Assembly (NCBI RefSeq): GCF_017876815.1
Contig: NZ_JAGIOS010000003.1
Location: forward strand, 1,350,001 to 1,382,000
Length of the DNA stretch: 32,000 nucleotides
DNA from: Sinorhizobium meliloti
GTDB lineage: Bacteria; Pseudomonadota; Alphaproteobacteria; Rhizobiales; Rhizobiaceae
Reading direction: 5' to 3'
Positions 17,197 through 26,710 of the stretch are shown here, in pieces. The position numbers were made by a program, and so were the translations under genes. Every line of letters begins with the position of its first letter. Position 1 is the stretch's first letter. Under the pieces are notes generated by a model. That model saw only the letters and a list, made by a program, of their open reading frames with translations. It was not told where the DNA came from and did not search any database.

Positions 17197-19320
17197 TCAC
17201 TCGATCTGCCCGGCTTGTATCACTTCGAACACCTGCTCCGCAGAAAGAGGGCGGGCGAATAGATATCCCTGCGCCTCATCGAACCCTTCGGCGTTGACGG
17301 CGGCTAGCTGGGTCTGTGTCTCCACGCCCTCCACAGTGGTGGTTATTCCTAAACTTCGTCCAATACCTGCCACGGCCCTGACAACTGAGAGAGGAGTAGC
17401 CAGTTCCAAAATCATCCATCGCGATTTTGGCGCCGACCTGCCTGATTTCCTGTAGGAGATGCAGGTTATTGTCACTTTCGTCGAGCAGCACCGACTCCTA
17501 TATTTCGAGCTGTAGGCGCGAAGCATCCAATCCGGCCTCTCGAAGTGAATCTGCCACGAGAGCGGCAAGTTTACGATTTCGAAATTGCAGTGGCGAAAGA
17601 TTTACCGCCACGCTGATGTGCGGCGGCCATTTGGCGGCTTCCCTGCACTCCTCGCCCAGGGTCCCCAAGCGGAATGATCAGTCCCGTTTCCTCCGCTATC
17701 GGAATGAACTCGACAGGCGAGATCAATCCTTTATCTGGATGTCTCCAGCGCACGAGCGCCTCGCAGGTCGTGATCTGCTTAGTTCCGAGGTTTATCAGCG
17801 GCTGATAGAACAGCTTCCAGCTCGCCCCTCTCGAGGGCGCGACGAAGTTCGATTTTCATTTCTTGCTTGGCTCGCAGGTGAGCGTCCATGCCCGGGGCAA
17901 ATTGCCTGTAGGTGCCGCGGCCGTTTGCTTTCGCCCGGTAAAGGGCAATGTCGGCAGCCTTGATCAGCTCATCCGCGGACCGGCCATCCTTCGGGGCAAA
18001 GGCAAGCCCGACACTTACTCCGACATCTGCATGCGTTCCATCGAGATCATAGGGTGCTCCAACCAAATCTATGATGCTCTTTGCCAGGCTAATTGCTTCT
18101 TCCTCATTGTGGAGGTCGGCCCTCAGGACAACGAACTCGTCGCCTCCCTGCCGAGCAACAACGTCGTTCTCATTGGCGCAGGCGCGCAGACGTTCGGCCA
18201 CGCGACGTAGCAACAAATCGCCAGCCGGATGGCCATAGGCGTCATTGACTGCCTTGAAGCCGTCGAGGTCCAGGTTGAGAATTGCCGTTGTGGCCTTTCC
18301 CTGCGACTCGTCCAATAGCCGTTCGAATGCCTCGCGCAGAAACTGACGATTAGCCAAGCCGGTCAGGGCGTCGTGCCGGGCCATATGATGAATTTGCCTG
18401 TGGGCGAGGGAGCACTCCTGCTCCGCCTTGCGCCGTTACGTTATGTCCCTGAAGAACAGCGACATACCCTCCGAAGTCGGCGCGGCATGCATTTCGAGCC
18501 AGATCCCACGTGGCTCCAGATATTCTTCGAAGCTTACGTTACTGCGATCCGCCATCGCCCACCGGAACTCGATCGCAAATACCGAGTTTCCGTCCGCAGG
18601 AAAAACCTTCCATAAATCGAGCCCGATCGCGTGTTTATCAAGTTGCAGGAGGCGCATGGCTTTGGAAATAGCTGATGCGCCAGCTTCGGTCGACGACCAG
18701 CACGCTGTCCATCGTGCTCTCGAGCACCGCTGAGAGCCGTTCAGCCAGGCGTTCGGCTTCGTGGCGCGCGGCTTCCGCCTCGTCCCTTGCCTTCCGAGCT
18801 TCGGTCACGTCGCGCCAGATTGCCAGCATGCGGATGGGCTTACCGGAAGCACCGAACACCGGAGCGGTGATGACGTCCATGTATCGTTTGAAACCCGCGC
18901 TGTCCCGCCGTTTCGACACGCGTCGTCCGGCCCTTCCGCACTTCGGTGCACCAGATCTCGCCACGCGACATCTTCGAGTGTCGCGTTCTCATCGAGCCCA
19001 AACAGTTGCCTTCCCGCGCGGTTCATAAGCAGGGGACGGCCATCGATATCAAGCAGGCGGATGCAATCGGGCGTGCTTTCAAACACGCTTGGATCAAGGC
19101 TTCGCTCTCCTCCCGGGCAAGTTCGGCCTGCCGCCGTTCCGTTATGTCGAGGACACTGCCGACATAACCGAGGAAGGCTCCGTCCGATGCAAATCGTGGC
19201 TGTCCGACGTCAATGACGCAGGCGTAATTCCCGTCGGCGCGTCGAAGACGGTACTCGGTGCGAACCGCTGTGCGGAGCCGGGCCGCGTTGGTGCACGGAT
19301 CGTTTAGCGGTCGTGGTGTA
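17197..19320 (-). pseudogene. multi-PAS-GGDEF-EAL protein, many frameshifts, 5' end removed by IS
   Basis: Minus-strand pieces lie in several frames. PAS: EYRLRRADGNY...DITERRQAE, FESTPDCIRLLDIDGRPLLMNRAG and WRDVTEARKA. GGDEF: ARQGGDEFVVL (17779-18384). EAL fragments: RWRHPDKGLISPVEFIPIAEETGLI, DDFGTGYSSLS and EGVETQTQL...AQGYLFARP. Confidence 0.8.
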
Positions 19321-19329
19321 GGCGATCGG

Positions 19330-20400
19330 CAACCTCAATAACCGATCTGTGACCTTGATGCCTTTCAAACATAACGCCGCCCGCCGCCATCACATCGGCA
19401 GGATGAAATTCAAGGTGACGAACTGGCCGGAATATGAGGCCGGGTTACGGCGACGTGGCAGCTTGACCCTGTGGCTGACACCGGAGGCGCTTGCCATGTG
19501 GCTTGCTCCACGCCGAACGACGCGTGGTGGCCAGCCGCGTTATTCCGATCTAGCCATCGAGACCGCCTTGACGCTGGGCCTGGTGTTCGGCTTGCGGCTG
19601 CGTCAGGTCGAAGGATTATTAGGATCGGTGCTGCCCTTGATGGGCTTGGCGCTCGCTATCCCCGATCATACCACCCTGGGCCGTCGGGCGCGAACATGGC
19701 AATCGCCCCAACAAGGCGCATGACCTCCAGGGTCGACCGGACGGGCCAGTGCATATTCTTGTCGACAGCACTGGACTGCAGGTCTACGGCGCGGGCCAAT
19801 GGTTGGAGGAGAAGCATGGCGCCAGATCCCGCCGTGGTTGGCGAACGCTGCATGTGGCACTGGATGCCGATAGCAGCGAGATCATTGCACATACGATGAC
19901 CGACCAGGACGCGGGCGACGCATCGCAGGTGGAGCCGTTGCTCAACCAGATCGATGGTCGGATCGGGCAGTTCACAGCCGACGGCGCCTACGACGGGAAG
20001 CCCACCTACGACGCGGTCACCGACCACAGTCCGGCTACCGTCATCGTCATTCCCCCGCGCGCCAACGCGATCGAACCAGCCGGCGGATGCATGAGAAGAA
20101 GATCAGTCAGGCGGAGATCGCGCCCGCCCCCTTGGCCGAGACCCTTCGACGATCTGCCGCGAGCTACGACGGAATCTCCGTTATCCTTGATTGGTACTGC
20201 GACAGACACATTCGGAGTTGGAAAGAGACGTATCGGGTTTCCTAACACGCCATGCTGGTCAGCGGTTACAAAGGCCGAAGGCAAATTGCTGTTCTAAGCC
20301 GTCTATCCGTTTGGTCCGCGCTGGGGTTATCTCATCCCTGGGGAAACGTGCGCGGATCCACGGAAGTTTTTCGTTATAACAGTCGACGAGGACAGCCTGA
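19330..20400 (+). mobile_element. IS5-family (IS903-group-like) element, decayed; ends not defined
   Basis: It contains the transposase fragments listed below and abuts the truncated PAS gene at about 19320-19335. I could not identify convincing terminal inverted repeats. Confidence 0.5.
19349..20090 (+). pseudogene. IS5-family transposase, frameshifted and C-terminally degraded
   Basis: NWPEYEAGLRRRGSLTLWLTPEAL...RGGQPRYSDLAIETALTLGLVFGLRLRQVEGLL...PDHTTLGRRA follows the IS903-like N-terminal pattern. It stops at 19723 and continues in another frame (LVDSTGLQVYGAGQWLEEKHG...ADGAYDG...VIPPRANA). The reading then degenerates. Confidence 0.75.
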
Positions 20401-20527
20401 TCCGACACTATTCGTTTTCACTGTCGGATCGACTGGAGATCGAACTGCGGAGGCGTGATCATAATCGGCTCGGCTTGCCATTCAGCTATGTAATGCGATA
20501 CCGGGCCGGTTAACCTGACGGTGCCAA

Positions 20528-21547
20528 TCAGCCGTCCCTGTAGTAATAGCTATAGCCGTTGAGCGCCGGGGCGCCGCCGAGATGGGCGTAGAGCACCTTC
20601 GAGCCCTCGGGGAAGAAGCCCTTGCGCGCGAGATCGATCATCCCCTGCATCGACTTTCCCTCATAGACCGGGTCGGTAATCATCGCCTCGGTGCGCGCCG
20701 CGAGCCGGATCGCCTCGTTGGTCTCCTCCGAGGGCACTCCATAGGCGGGATAGGCGTAGTCAGGGTTGATGACGATCTCGTCTTCACGCACCGACCGACC
20801 AAGGTTCACGAGTTCCGAGGTGGCATCGACGATCTTCCGCACCTGATCCCGCGTCTGCTGGAGGGTGCCCGAGGCATCGATGCCAATGACCCGGTCGGCC
20901 CTGTCTAGTGCGGCAAAGCCGACGATCATTCCGCCCTGGGTTGAACCGGTGACAACGCAAACGATGATATAGTCGAAGATGAAGCCGAGGTCCTTCTCCT
21001 GTGCCGCGACTTCCTCGGCGAAGCCGACATAGCCGAGGCCTCCGAACTTGTGTACCGAAGCGCCAGCCGGGATCGCATAGGGCTTGCCGCCCGCATCCTC
21101 TACCGACTGAATCGCATCCTCCCAACTCTTGCGGATGCCGATGTCGAACCCATCCTCGACCAGCCGGCTGTCGGCGCCCATCAGTTTCGTCATCAGGATA
21201 TTGCCGACACGGTCATAGACCGCATCGTAGTGCGGTACCCATTTCTCCTGGATGACGACACATTTCATGCCGATCTTCGCCGCAGTCGCAGCCACCATGC
21301 GGGTATGATTCGACTGGACCCCACCGATCGACACCAGCGTATCCGCGCCGGAGGCGATCGCGTCGGGCACGATATATTCGAGCTTCCTGAGCTTGTTGCC
21401 GCCCATGGCGAGGCCGGAATTGCAGTCGTCGCGCTTGGCATAGATCTCGACCTTGCCGCCCAGCGCCGCAGTCAGCCGCGGCAGGTGCTCGATCGGCGTC
21501 GGGCCGAAGGTGAGCGGGTAGCGTTCGAACTTTTCCAACAGTGACAT
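20528..21547 (-). CDS. acdS: 1-aminocyclopropane-1-carboxylate (ACC) deaminase
   Basis: 339-aa ORF with GGAGG upstream. [10 protein letters not shown] carries the PLP lysine, and [19 protein letters not shown] (Tyr-Glu pair) and LYAHLGG (Leu) are present. That residue set distinguishes ACC deaminase from D-cysteine desulfhydrase. Confidence 0.93.
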   Translation of the reverse strand: MSLLEKFERYPLTFGPTPIEHLPRLTAALGGKVEIYAKRDDCNSGLAMGGNKLRKLEYIVPDAIASGADTLVSIGGVQSNHTRMVAATAAKIGMKCVVIQEKWVPHYDAVYDRVGNILMTKLMGADSRLVEDGFDIGIRKSWEDAIQSVEDAGGKPYAIPAGASVHKFGGLGYVGFAEEVAAQEKDLGFIFDYIIVCVVTGSTQGGMIVGFAALDRADRVIGIDASGTLQQTRDQVRKIVDATSELVNLGRSVREDEIVINPDYAYPAYGVPSEETNEAIRLAARTEAMITDPVYEGKSMQGMIDLARKGFFPEGSKVLYAHLGGAPALNGYSYYYRDG

Positions 21548-21690
21548 CGATCAGGGCCTCCGTGCCGAATTTGTGGCCGAAGGCTAGTAGATATAGTTTG
21601 AAAGGTGCTCTCTAATTTTGCTTTAAAAGTTTTCTTTATCGGCATAATTGTTCGATTGGAGAACCCAAGTCTTCAATTATATGAGGTAAA
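21548..21690. promoter_or_regulatory. divergent acdS-acdR intergenic control region (AT-rich)
   Basis: A 143-bp AT-rich spacer lies between the divergent starts. The architecture is the known LRP-regulated acdS arrangement. No specific operator was defined by eye. Confidence 0.5.
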
Positions 21691-22167
21691 ATGAAAGAGT
21701 CTCCCACAGAGGATGTCGATAGGATAGACCTCAAGATTTTGCGCGCCTTGCAATCGGAGGGCCGGCTGAGCAATGCCGATCTCGCCAAGCGCGTGAATGT
21801 CAGTGCTGCAACTTGCCACAGGCGAACTCAGCGCCTCTTCGAGGAGGGCTACATTACCGGCGTGCGGGCGGAAGTCGCGCCGGGCGCCGTAGGCCTCGGC
21901 GCGATGGTTATGGTTGGCGTGGTACTGGATCGCTCCACGCCTGAGAGCTTTGGTGCCTTTGAGGGCGCGGTCATGGAGCTGAAGGAAGTACTGGACTGCA
22001 ATTTGGTCGCCGGAGATTTCGATTATCTCCTGAAAATACGCGTCCGCGACATGGCCGATTTCAACAAGCTACACGGCCAGAAGCTGATCGCCCTCCCAGG
22101 CGTGCGCCAGACGCGCACCTTCTTCGTGATGAAGGAAGTCAAGGAGAACGCGAGGTTGCCCTTCTAG
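21691..22167 (+). CDS. acdR: Lrp/AsnC-family transcriptional regulator, divergent from acdS
   Basis: DRIDLKILRALQSEGRLSNADLAKRVNVSAATCHRRTQRLFEEGYI is the HTH_AsnC motif, with a C-terminal RAM-like domain. GAGG lies 5 nt before the ATG. Confidence 0.9.
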   Translation: MKESPTEDVDRIDLKILRALQSEGRLSNADLAKRVNVSAATCHRRTQRLFEEGYITGVRAEVAPGAVGLGAMVMVGVVLDRSTPESFGAFEGAVMELKEVLDCNLVAGDFDYLLKIRVRDMADFNKLHGQKLIALPGVRQTRTFFVMKEVKENARLPF

Positions 22168-22320
22168 CGTCGTCGGCAGCTATTGTGGATGCAGCATCTA
22201 TTGTCGGTTCCGCGCAGACAGCGGATGTCAGGCGACTTTTTCTGACATCACCGGCTCCACGCTCTGTGCATCAAACATACGGTCTCACCGTTCACACGAT
22301 GGAGGCACTCCATGGCGAGG

Positions 22321-22440
22321 TTATTTGTAGTCTGTGCATAGTTCAGTCTCCGGACGATCCTTGATGCGCCACTGCACCAGCTTGAAGCCGAGGGGTACCA
22401 GCCGGGCAATCCACTCGGCGCTGTCGACGATCAGGAAGAA
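22321..22440 (-). pseudogene. thiE: thiE (thiamine-phosphate synthase), N-terminal ~35-aa remnant
   Basis: [34 protein letters not shown] matches the rhizobial ThiE N-terminus and is then cut off. It is fused out of frame to the thiG fragment. Confidence 0.55.
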
Positions 22441-22441
22441 C

Positions 22442-22707
22442 TGATGTGTACGGGAAGACTTCGAAACCTTCGCTGACGAGAATGCGAGCCGCCTCGACGG
22501 GGCCGAAGACATCCGGCTGTAGCGTATCATGGTTGCCGATGACCTCGAGCTTGATCCAGTCGGTGGCGAACAGCTCGCGTGCTATCCTTGCGGTCAGCAC
22601 CGCTTCCGCGACGCTGTGGCAACCTGCGGTGTTGGTTAGGATACGAACGCCGAGCGCGCGGATCATCTCGAAAAAGGTGCCCACTGCGGCCGCCAGTGAC
22701 CTGCCAC
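22442..22707 (-). pseudogene. thiG: thiG (thiazole synthase), central fragment
   Basis: [80 protein letters not shown]. The C-terminal half of ThiG is missing. Confidence 0.75.
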
Positions 22708-22836
22708 TGAACTTTCATCCAGCGGCGATTGGACCGTATGTTCGCGGGATGAAGGTGGCCCGCCCCCGCGGTAAGCTAAATCGGGGGTTGCTCTGGATAG
22801 GCCGGAGCCTTGCCCCATGCTTAGCGAGGGCGAACC

Positions 22837-23955
22837 ATGAAAGAAGATAGCGTAATTTTCATCGGCCTGGATACTTCGAAGCTGAAGATTTCTGTGGCGA
22901 TAGCCGATGGAAGCCGCAACGGCGAGGTACGGTTTTTCGGCGACATTTCCTCGGAGCCGGCATCAGTAGCATCGATGGTCAGCAAGCTTTCCAAGCGCGG
23001 AGCTAAGCTTCACTTTTGCTATGAAGCCGGTCCCACGGGTTACGGTCTTTACCGGCAGATTGTCGAACTGGGGCATGATTGCGTGGTCGTGGCGCCGTCA
23101 CTGGTCCCCAAGCGTGCGGGCGATCGGGTGAAGACAAACCGCCGGGATGCCATGAGTCTGGCGCGCCTGCACCGGGCGGGCGAACTGACCGCGGTCTGGG
23201 TCCCAGATGAAGGCCATGAGGCGATCCGCGATCTGGTGCGGGCGCGCGAGGCGGCCAGCGACGCGCTGAAGCAGGCCCGTCAGCAACTTCAGTCCTTCTT
23301 GTTGCGTCATGGCAGGATCTATGCCGGCCGCGAACCATGGACGCGTGCCCATCGAAGATGGCTAACGTGCCAGGCCTTCGATCATCCCGCCCACCAAATC
23401 CTGCTGGCGGAATATTGCCAGGCTGTCGCGGATGCCAGCGTGCGCCTGGATCGGCTGACCAAGCTGGTCGTCGAGACCGCGGCATCCTGGTCAATGGCCC
23501 CGGTTGTGGCCGCCTATCAGGCGATGCGCGGCGTCGCGTTCATGACGGCGGTCACCTTTGTCGTCGAAATCGGCGATGTCAGGCGCTTTGATAATCCTCG
23601 CCAGCTGATGGCGTATCTCGGTCTCGTGCCGTCGGAAAGCTCAACCGGCGAACGGGTCAAGCGTGGCGGGATCACCAAGGCGGGCAACACAAGAGCGCGA
23701 AGGGTACTCATTGAAGGCGCTTGGACATATCGCTTTCCGGCTCGCGTGAGCCCGAAGATCCAGGCGCGGCTGGACGACCTGCCAAGAACGGTTCGCGAGA
23801 TTGCTTGGAAAGCCCAGGTAAGGCTTTGCGCAGGCTATCGAAAACTAATCGCGGCAGGCAAGCCGAAGGTCGTCGCGGTCACCGCCCTTGCGCGAGAAAT
23901 GGCAGCGTTCCTATGGGCGATCGGGCAGGAGGTCGCTCCCACAGCAAAAGCCTAA
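22837..23955 (+). CDS. IS110-family (DEDD) transposase/recombinase
   Basis: 372-aa intact ORF with IGLDTSKLKISVA, CYEAGPTGYGLYR, KTNRRDAMSLARLHRAGEL, and C-terminal LMAYLGLVPSESSTGERVKRGGITKAGNTRARRVL. Confidence 0.9.
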   Translation: MKEDSVIFIGLDTSKLKISVAIADGSRNGEVRFFGDISSEPASVASMVSKLSKRGAKLHFCYEAGPTGYGLYRQIVELGHDCVVVAPSLVPKRAGDRVKTNRRDAMSLARLHRAGELTAVWVPDEGHEAIRDLVRAREAASDALKQARQQLQSFLLRHGRIYAGREPWTRAHRRWLTCQAFDHPAHQILLAEYCQAVADASVRLDRLTKLVVETAASWSMAPVVAAYQAMRGVAFMTAVTFVVEIGDVRRFDNPRQLMAYLGLVPSESSTGERVKRGGITKAGNTRARRVLIEGAWTYRFPARVSPKIQARLDDLPRTVREIAWKAQVRLCAGYRKLIAAGKPKVVAVTALAREMAAFLWAIGQEVAPTAKA

Positions 23956-24024
23956 AGGCGAATGCCCAGCTCGAACAAAAAAGCTTAACCCGAAAATTGA
24001 AATCATCTTCTGTTGGACAAAGAT

Positions 24025-24181
24025 GGAGGCAGGGCTCCGGTGGGGAACCCTCGCAGGCTCTATGTGGCGGACAATTCCAAGCCCGAGATTAGACAGAGGC
24101 AGCCCCAGACGAATACACGGAAATGCGGTACCCAACCCGCGCATAAGAGTTTGCCAGCCGTCGTCAAAATGCCCTGCCTCC
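24025..24181 (+). ncRNA. candidate structured RNA in the IS110 3' non-coding end (bridge-RNA-like, hypothetical)
   Basis: A perfect 11-bp long-range inverted repeat, GGAGGCAGGGC (24025-24035) and GCCCTGCCTCC (24171-24181), closes a 157-nt segment downstream of the recombinase stop. Strand and function are not established. Confidence 0.3.
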
Positions 24182-24342
24182 TCCTTTGTTCAACAGCTTC
24201 ACGCATGCGTGCTTTCGTCCTCAAGGCCGGAAAGGAAAGAGTCATGATTAAGGAGCTTGCAAATGAACATAAGAGAGCCTCGGCGGTTTTTGAACCGCCC
24301 CAGGTTTCTGGACCAGCGGAGGCTAGAGTTTTCCGGCTTCGT

Positions 24343-25158
24343 TCAGGGAGGCGGGCTGGTTGCGCCTCCGGAATTCATCAGCGAGATCGGCACCTTATTG
24401 CCGATCGCGCCATGAGGCCGTTCCTCGTTGTAGTATCGACGCCAATCCTCCATCTTTTCGCGCGCATCCGCAAGGGTCAGGAACCAGTGCTGGTTCAGGC
24501 ATTCCGCCCGGAAGCGGGCGTTGAAGGCTTCGATGAAGGCGTTGTCCGTGGGCTTTCCCGGACGTGAGAAGTCCAGGGTGACGCCCTTGGCATAGGTCCA
24601 TAGGTCGAGATCGCGAGACACAAACTCCGTCCCCTGATCGACGCGGATCGTCCTCGGATAGCCGACTTGCCGGCATACCCGCTCCAATGTCTGCACCACG
24701 TCTTCGCCGCGATAGCTGTGACGCGGATCAAGCACCGGCACATAACGTGAGAAGGTGTCGACCACCGTCAGAACCCGCAGCTTCTTTCCGGTCGCGAGTT
24801 GGTCGTGCACGAAATCCATCGCCCAGACATCGTTCGGGCCGATGGCTGTCTGCCGATCTTCCCGCAGCTTTGCCTTGACCCTGCGCTTTGGAGTCTTGTT
24901 GCGCAGCTGCAGGCCCAAGTCCCTGTAAATGCGATAGGTTTGCTTGATGTTGGTGCCCCAACCTTCGCGTTCCAGCAGCACATGCACGCGCCGATAGCCG
25001 TAGCGCACACGGGTCTCGCAGATCTCGCGAATACGACGTTCCAGGCCGGCCTGATCGGCACGGCGAGAGGTGTAGTGGTAGGTCGACCGATCGAAGTTCA
25101 ACGCTCCATAGGCACGCCGGATCGAGATTGCCCAGTCCCGGCACATGCCCTTCACCAC
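24343..25158 (-). CDS. IS3-family transposase OrfB (DDE integrase domain)
   Basis: WAMDFVHD...VRVDQGTEFVSRDLDLW...SRPGKPTDNAFIEAFNARFRAECLNQHWF...YNEERPHGAIG. The frame stays open upstream in -1 relative to orfA. Confidence 0.9.
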   Translation of the reverse strand: MVKGMCRDWAISIRRAYGALNFDRSTYHYTSRRADQAGLERRIREICETRVRYGYRRVHVLLEREGWGTNIKQTYRIYRDLGLQLRNKTPKRRVKAKLREDRQTAIGPNDVWAMDFVHDQLATGKKLRVLTVVDTFSRYVPVLDPRHSYRGEDVVQTLERVCRQVGYPRTIRVDQGTEFVSRDLDLWTYAKGVTLDFSRPGKPTDNAFIEAFNARFRAECLNQHWFLTLADAREKMEDWRRYYNEERPHGAIGNKVPISLMNSGGATSPPP

Positions 25159-25178
25159 CTCACGCTTGCGAGCAGGCC

Positions 25179-25445
25179 TTAAAGCTTTCGGCGAATAACA
25201 CCCTGCAGCATTTCGCGGTCCAACGTCAGGTCCGCGACGATCTTCTTCAGCCGCGCATTCTCGTCCTTGAGCTGCTTCAGCTTCTTCATCTCCGGCGGCA
25301 ACATGCCGGCATACTTTTTCTTCCAGTTGAAATACGTCGCCTGGCTGATCCCCGCCTTCCGGCAGATCTCAGCGACTGGCACACCTTCATCACCCTGCTT
25401 CAGGATGAACGCCTTCTGGGCGTCCGAAAACTGCGATGCCTTCAT
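25179..25445 (-). CDS. IS3-family transposase OrfA (HTH)
   Basis: SDAQKAFILKQGDEGVPVAEICRKAGISQATYFNWKKKYAGM...LKDENARLKKIVADL is the typical IS3 OrfA HTH plus leucine zipper. Confidence 0.9.
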   Translation of the reverse strand: MKASQFSDAQKAFILKQGDEGVPVAEICRKAGISQATYFNWKKKYAGMLPPEMKKLKQLKDENARLKKIVADLTLDREMLQGVIRRKL

Positions 25446-25521
25446 CGTCTTCCGTTCCTTTCCCAGCCAGGAAAATGCACCGGAAAACTTTAACCAAAAC
25501 TGGTCCAGTTTGAAGGGTTCA

Positions 25522-25669
25522 GATCACCAGACATCTGATGACGAAGTGAGACGGTGACGATTTCCGTCGCCGATTGCCTGACGGCCTCGGAGAGGACGGC
25601 AGGAGAGGGATATCGCGCTGTGCCGAGCAGCAGACGGGAGTTTATTTCGGACCCATAAAGCGTCAGCAT
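25522..25669 (-). pseudogene. thiG: thiG, 5' fragment (first ~49 codons) cut by the IS3 end
   Basis: The ATG is 3 nt after the thiS stop. [43 protein letters not shown]... runs straight into the TGAACC end of the IS. Confidence 0.75.
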
Positions 25670-25672
25670 CCG

Positions 25673-25870
25673 TCAGCCTCCCTGCATCGGCGACAGGATT
25701 TCGATCTTGTCATTGTCGTTGAGCGAACGATCGAACCGGTCTTCGCGATGGACCAACTCATCGTTGATGGCTGTCGCCAGCCAGTCACCCTCGTATTCCA
25801 TCAGGACTAAAAGCTCCGACAGCGTCTCAGCCGCGACATCCAGAGCCTCGCCGTTAACGATCAATTTCAT
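25673..25870 (-). CDS. thiS: ThiS sulfur-carrier protein
   Basis: 65 aa ending in ...ILSPMQGG (C-terminal Gly-Gly). There is an ATGA start/stop overlap with thiO, and the thiG start lies 3 nt downstream. Confidence 0.85.
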   Translation of the reverse strand: MKLIVNGEALDVAAETLSELLVLMEYEGDWLATAINDELVHREDRFDRSLNDNDKIEILSPMQGG

Positions 25871-26710
25871 GGGGCATTCCTTCCCGTGGTATGTTGGTTG
25901 GAAACAAGTTCAGCCGCCTCGGCCGCCATGGCCGGCGCGAGCAGAAAGCCGTGGCGGTAGAGGCCGTTGAGCGAGATCACCTTTCCCTGATGGCTTGCAC
26001 GTGGAAGATTGTCCGGAAAGGCTGGGCGGATTCCGACACCCGTTTCGATTATGGTTGCATCGGCAAAGGCCGGAAATAGCGTGTACGCAGCGTTGAGCAG
26101 TTCCATCAGTGAGCGGGCGACAATCGGCCCGTCGAATTCCGTCTCGATCATCGTCGCGCCGACCATGAACAGACCGTCTCCACGCGGAACGATGTAGACG
26201 GGGAAACGCGGATTGAGCAGGCGGACCGGCCGGGAGAGGTCCACGTCTCAGCTTCTAAGGTAAAGCATTTCGCCGCGGACGCCGCGTAAGTCCTCGGCCT
26301 CGCCGATGCGCGCTGCGCCCGTGCAATCGACTACACTGTCGAAGCTCTCGTGCGGGCTCTTGCCCACGAAGGTGACCCCCTGAGCCGTCAGCTTGGTGCG
26401 CAGCAGACACAACACTCGCCGGGGATCGAGATGGGCTTCGCGGCGAAGAACAGCCCGTGCCGGAACCGCCCGGCAAGCGAGGGTTCCAGCGTCGCGATCG
26501 CCGCCTCTTCCAGCCATTCATAACCCGTCGTGCGACAGGCAAAGCGTCGCAGTTCACCAAGATCGCGAGCCGAGGCGACCACGAGCGTTCCGTTTCGTCG
26601 CACCTCTCCCGGCACCATTGCCATTATGGTCGTTCCGCTTTGCGAAGGCCGCCGACAGGTTTCCGCCAACTCGCAAGAAGTGTTTCAAGAATCGCGCCAA
26701 CCAGCTTGAT
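25867..26710 (-). pseudogene. thiO: thiO (glycine oxidase), 5'-truncated with an in-frame stop and a frameshift
   Basis: Pieces are GTLVVASARDLGELRRFACRTTGYEWL (26388-26669 frame), HLDPRRVL...VVDCTGAA...GVRGEMLYLRS then TGA at 26245-26247, then PVRLLNPRFPVYIVPRGDGLFMVGATMIE...GIRPAFPDNLP...GLYRHGFLLAP. No GxGxxG N-terminus is present. Confidence 0.75.

Larger units (their letters stand above)
22708..24290 (+). mobile_element. IS110-family element (boundaries inferred from the thiG and IS3 junctions)
   Basis: It occupies the space between the thiG fragment (ends 22707) and the IS3 end (24291). It has a 129-bp 5' flank and a 335-bp 3' flank around the transposase and no terminal IRs, as is usual for IS110. 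Confidence 0.5.
24291..25521 (-). mobile_element. IS3-family (IS407-group-like) insertion sequence
   Basis: Both ends start TGAACC and contain CTGGACCAG in inverted orientation: 24291 TGAACCGCCCCAGGTTTCTGGACCAG, and the reverse complement of 25521 TGAACCCTTCAAACTGGACCAG. It encloses orfA/orfB and is about 1.23 kb long. Confidence 0.75.

Noticed and set aside
20399-20430. A hairpin GATCCGACA-N14-TGTCGGATC about 100 bp downstream of the acdS stop.
   Set aside because: No T-run follows on the acdS strand, so it is not a convincing intrinsic terminator. It may belong to the decayed IS end.
21562-21578. Sigma-54-like GGCCACAAATTCGGCAC on the minus strand just upstream of acdS.
   Set aside because: The spacing is off by one. 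The element would also sit only about 15 nt from the ATG and overlap the RBS region.
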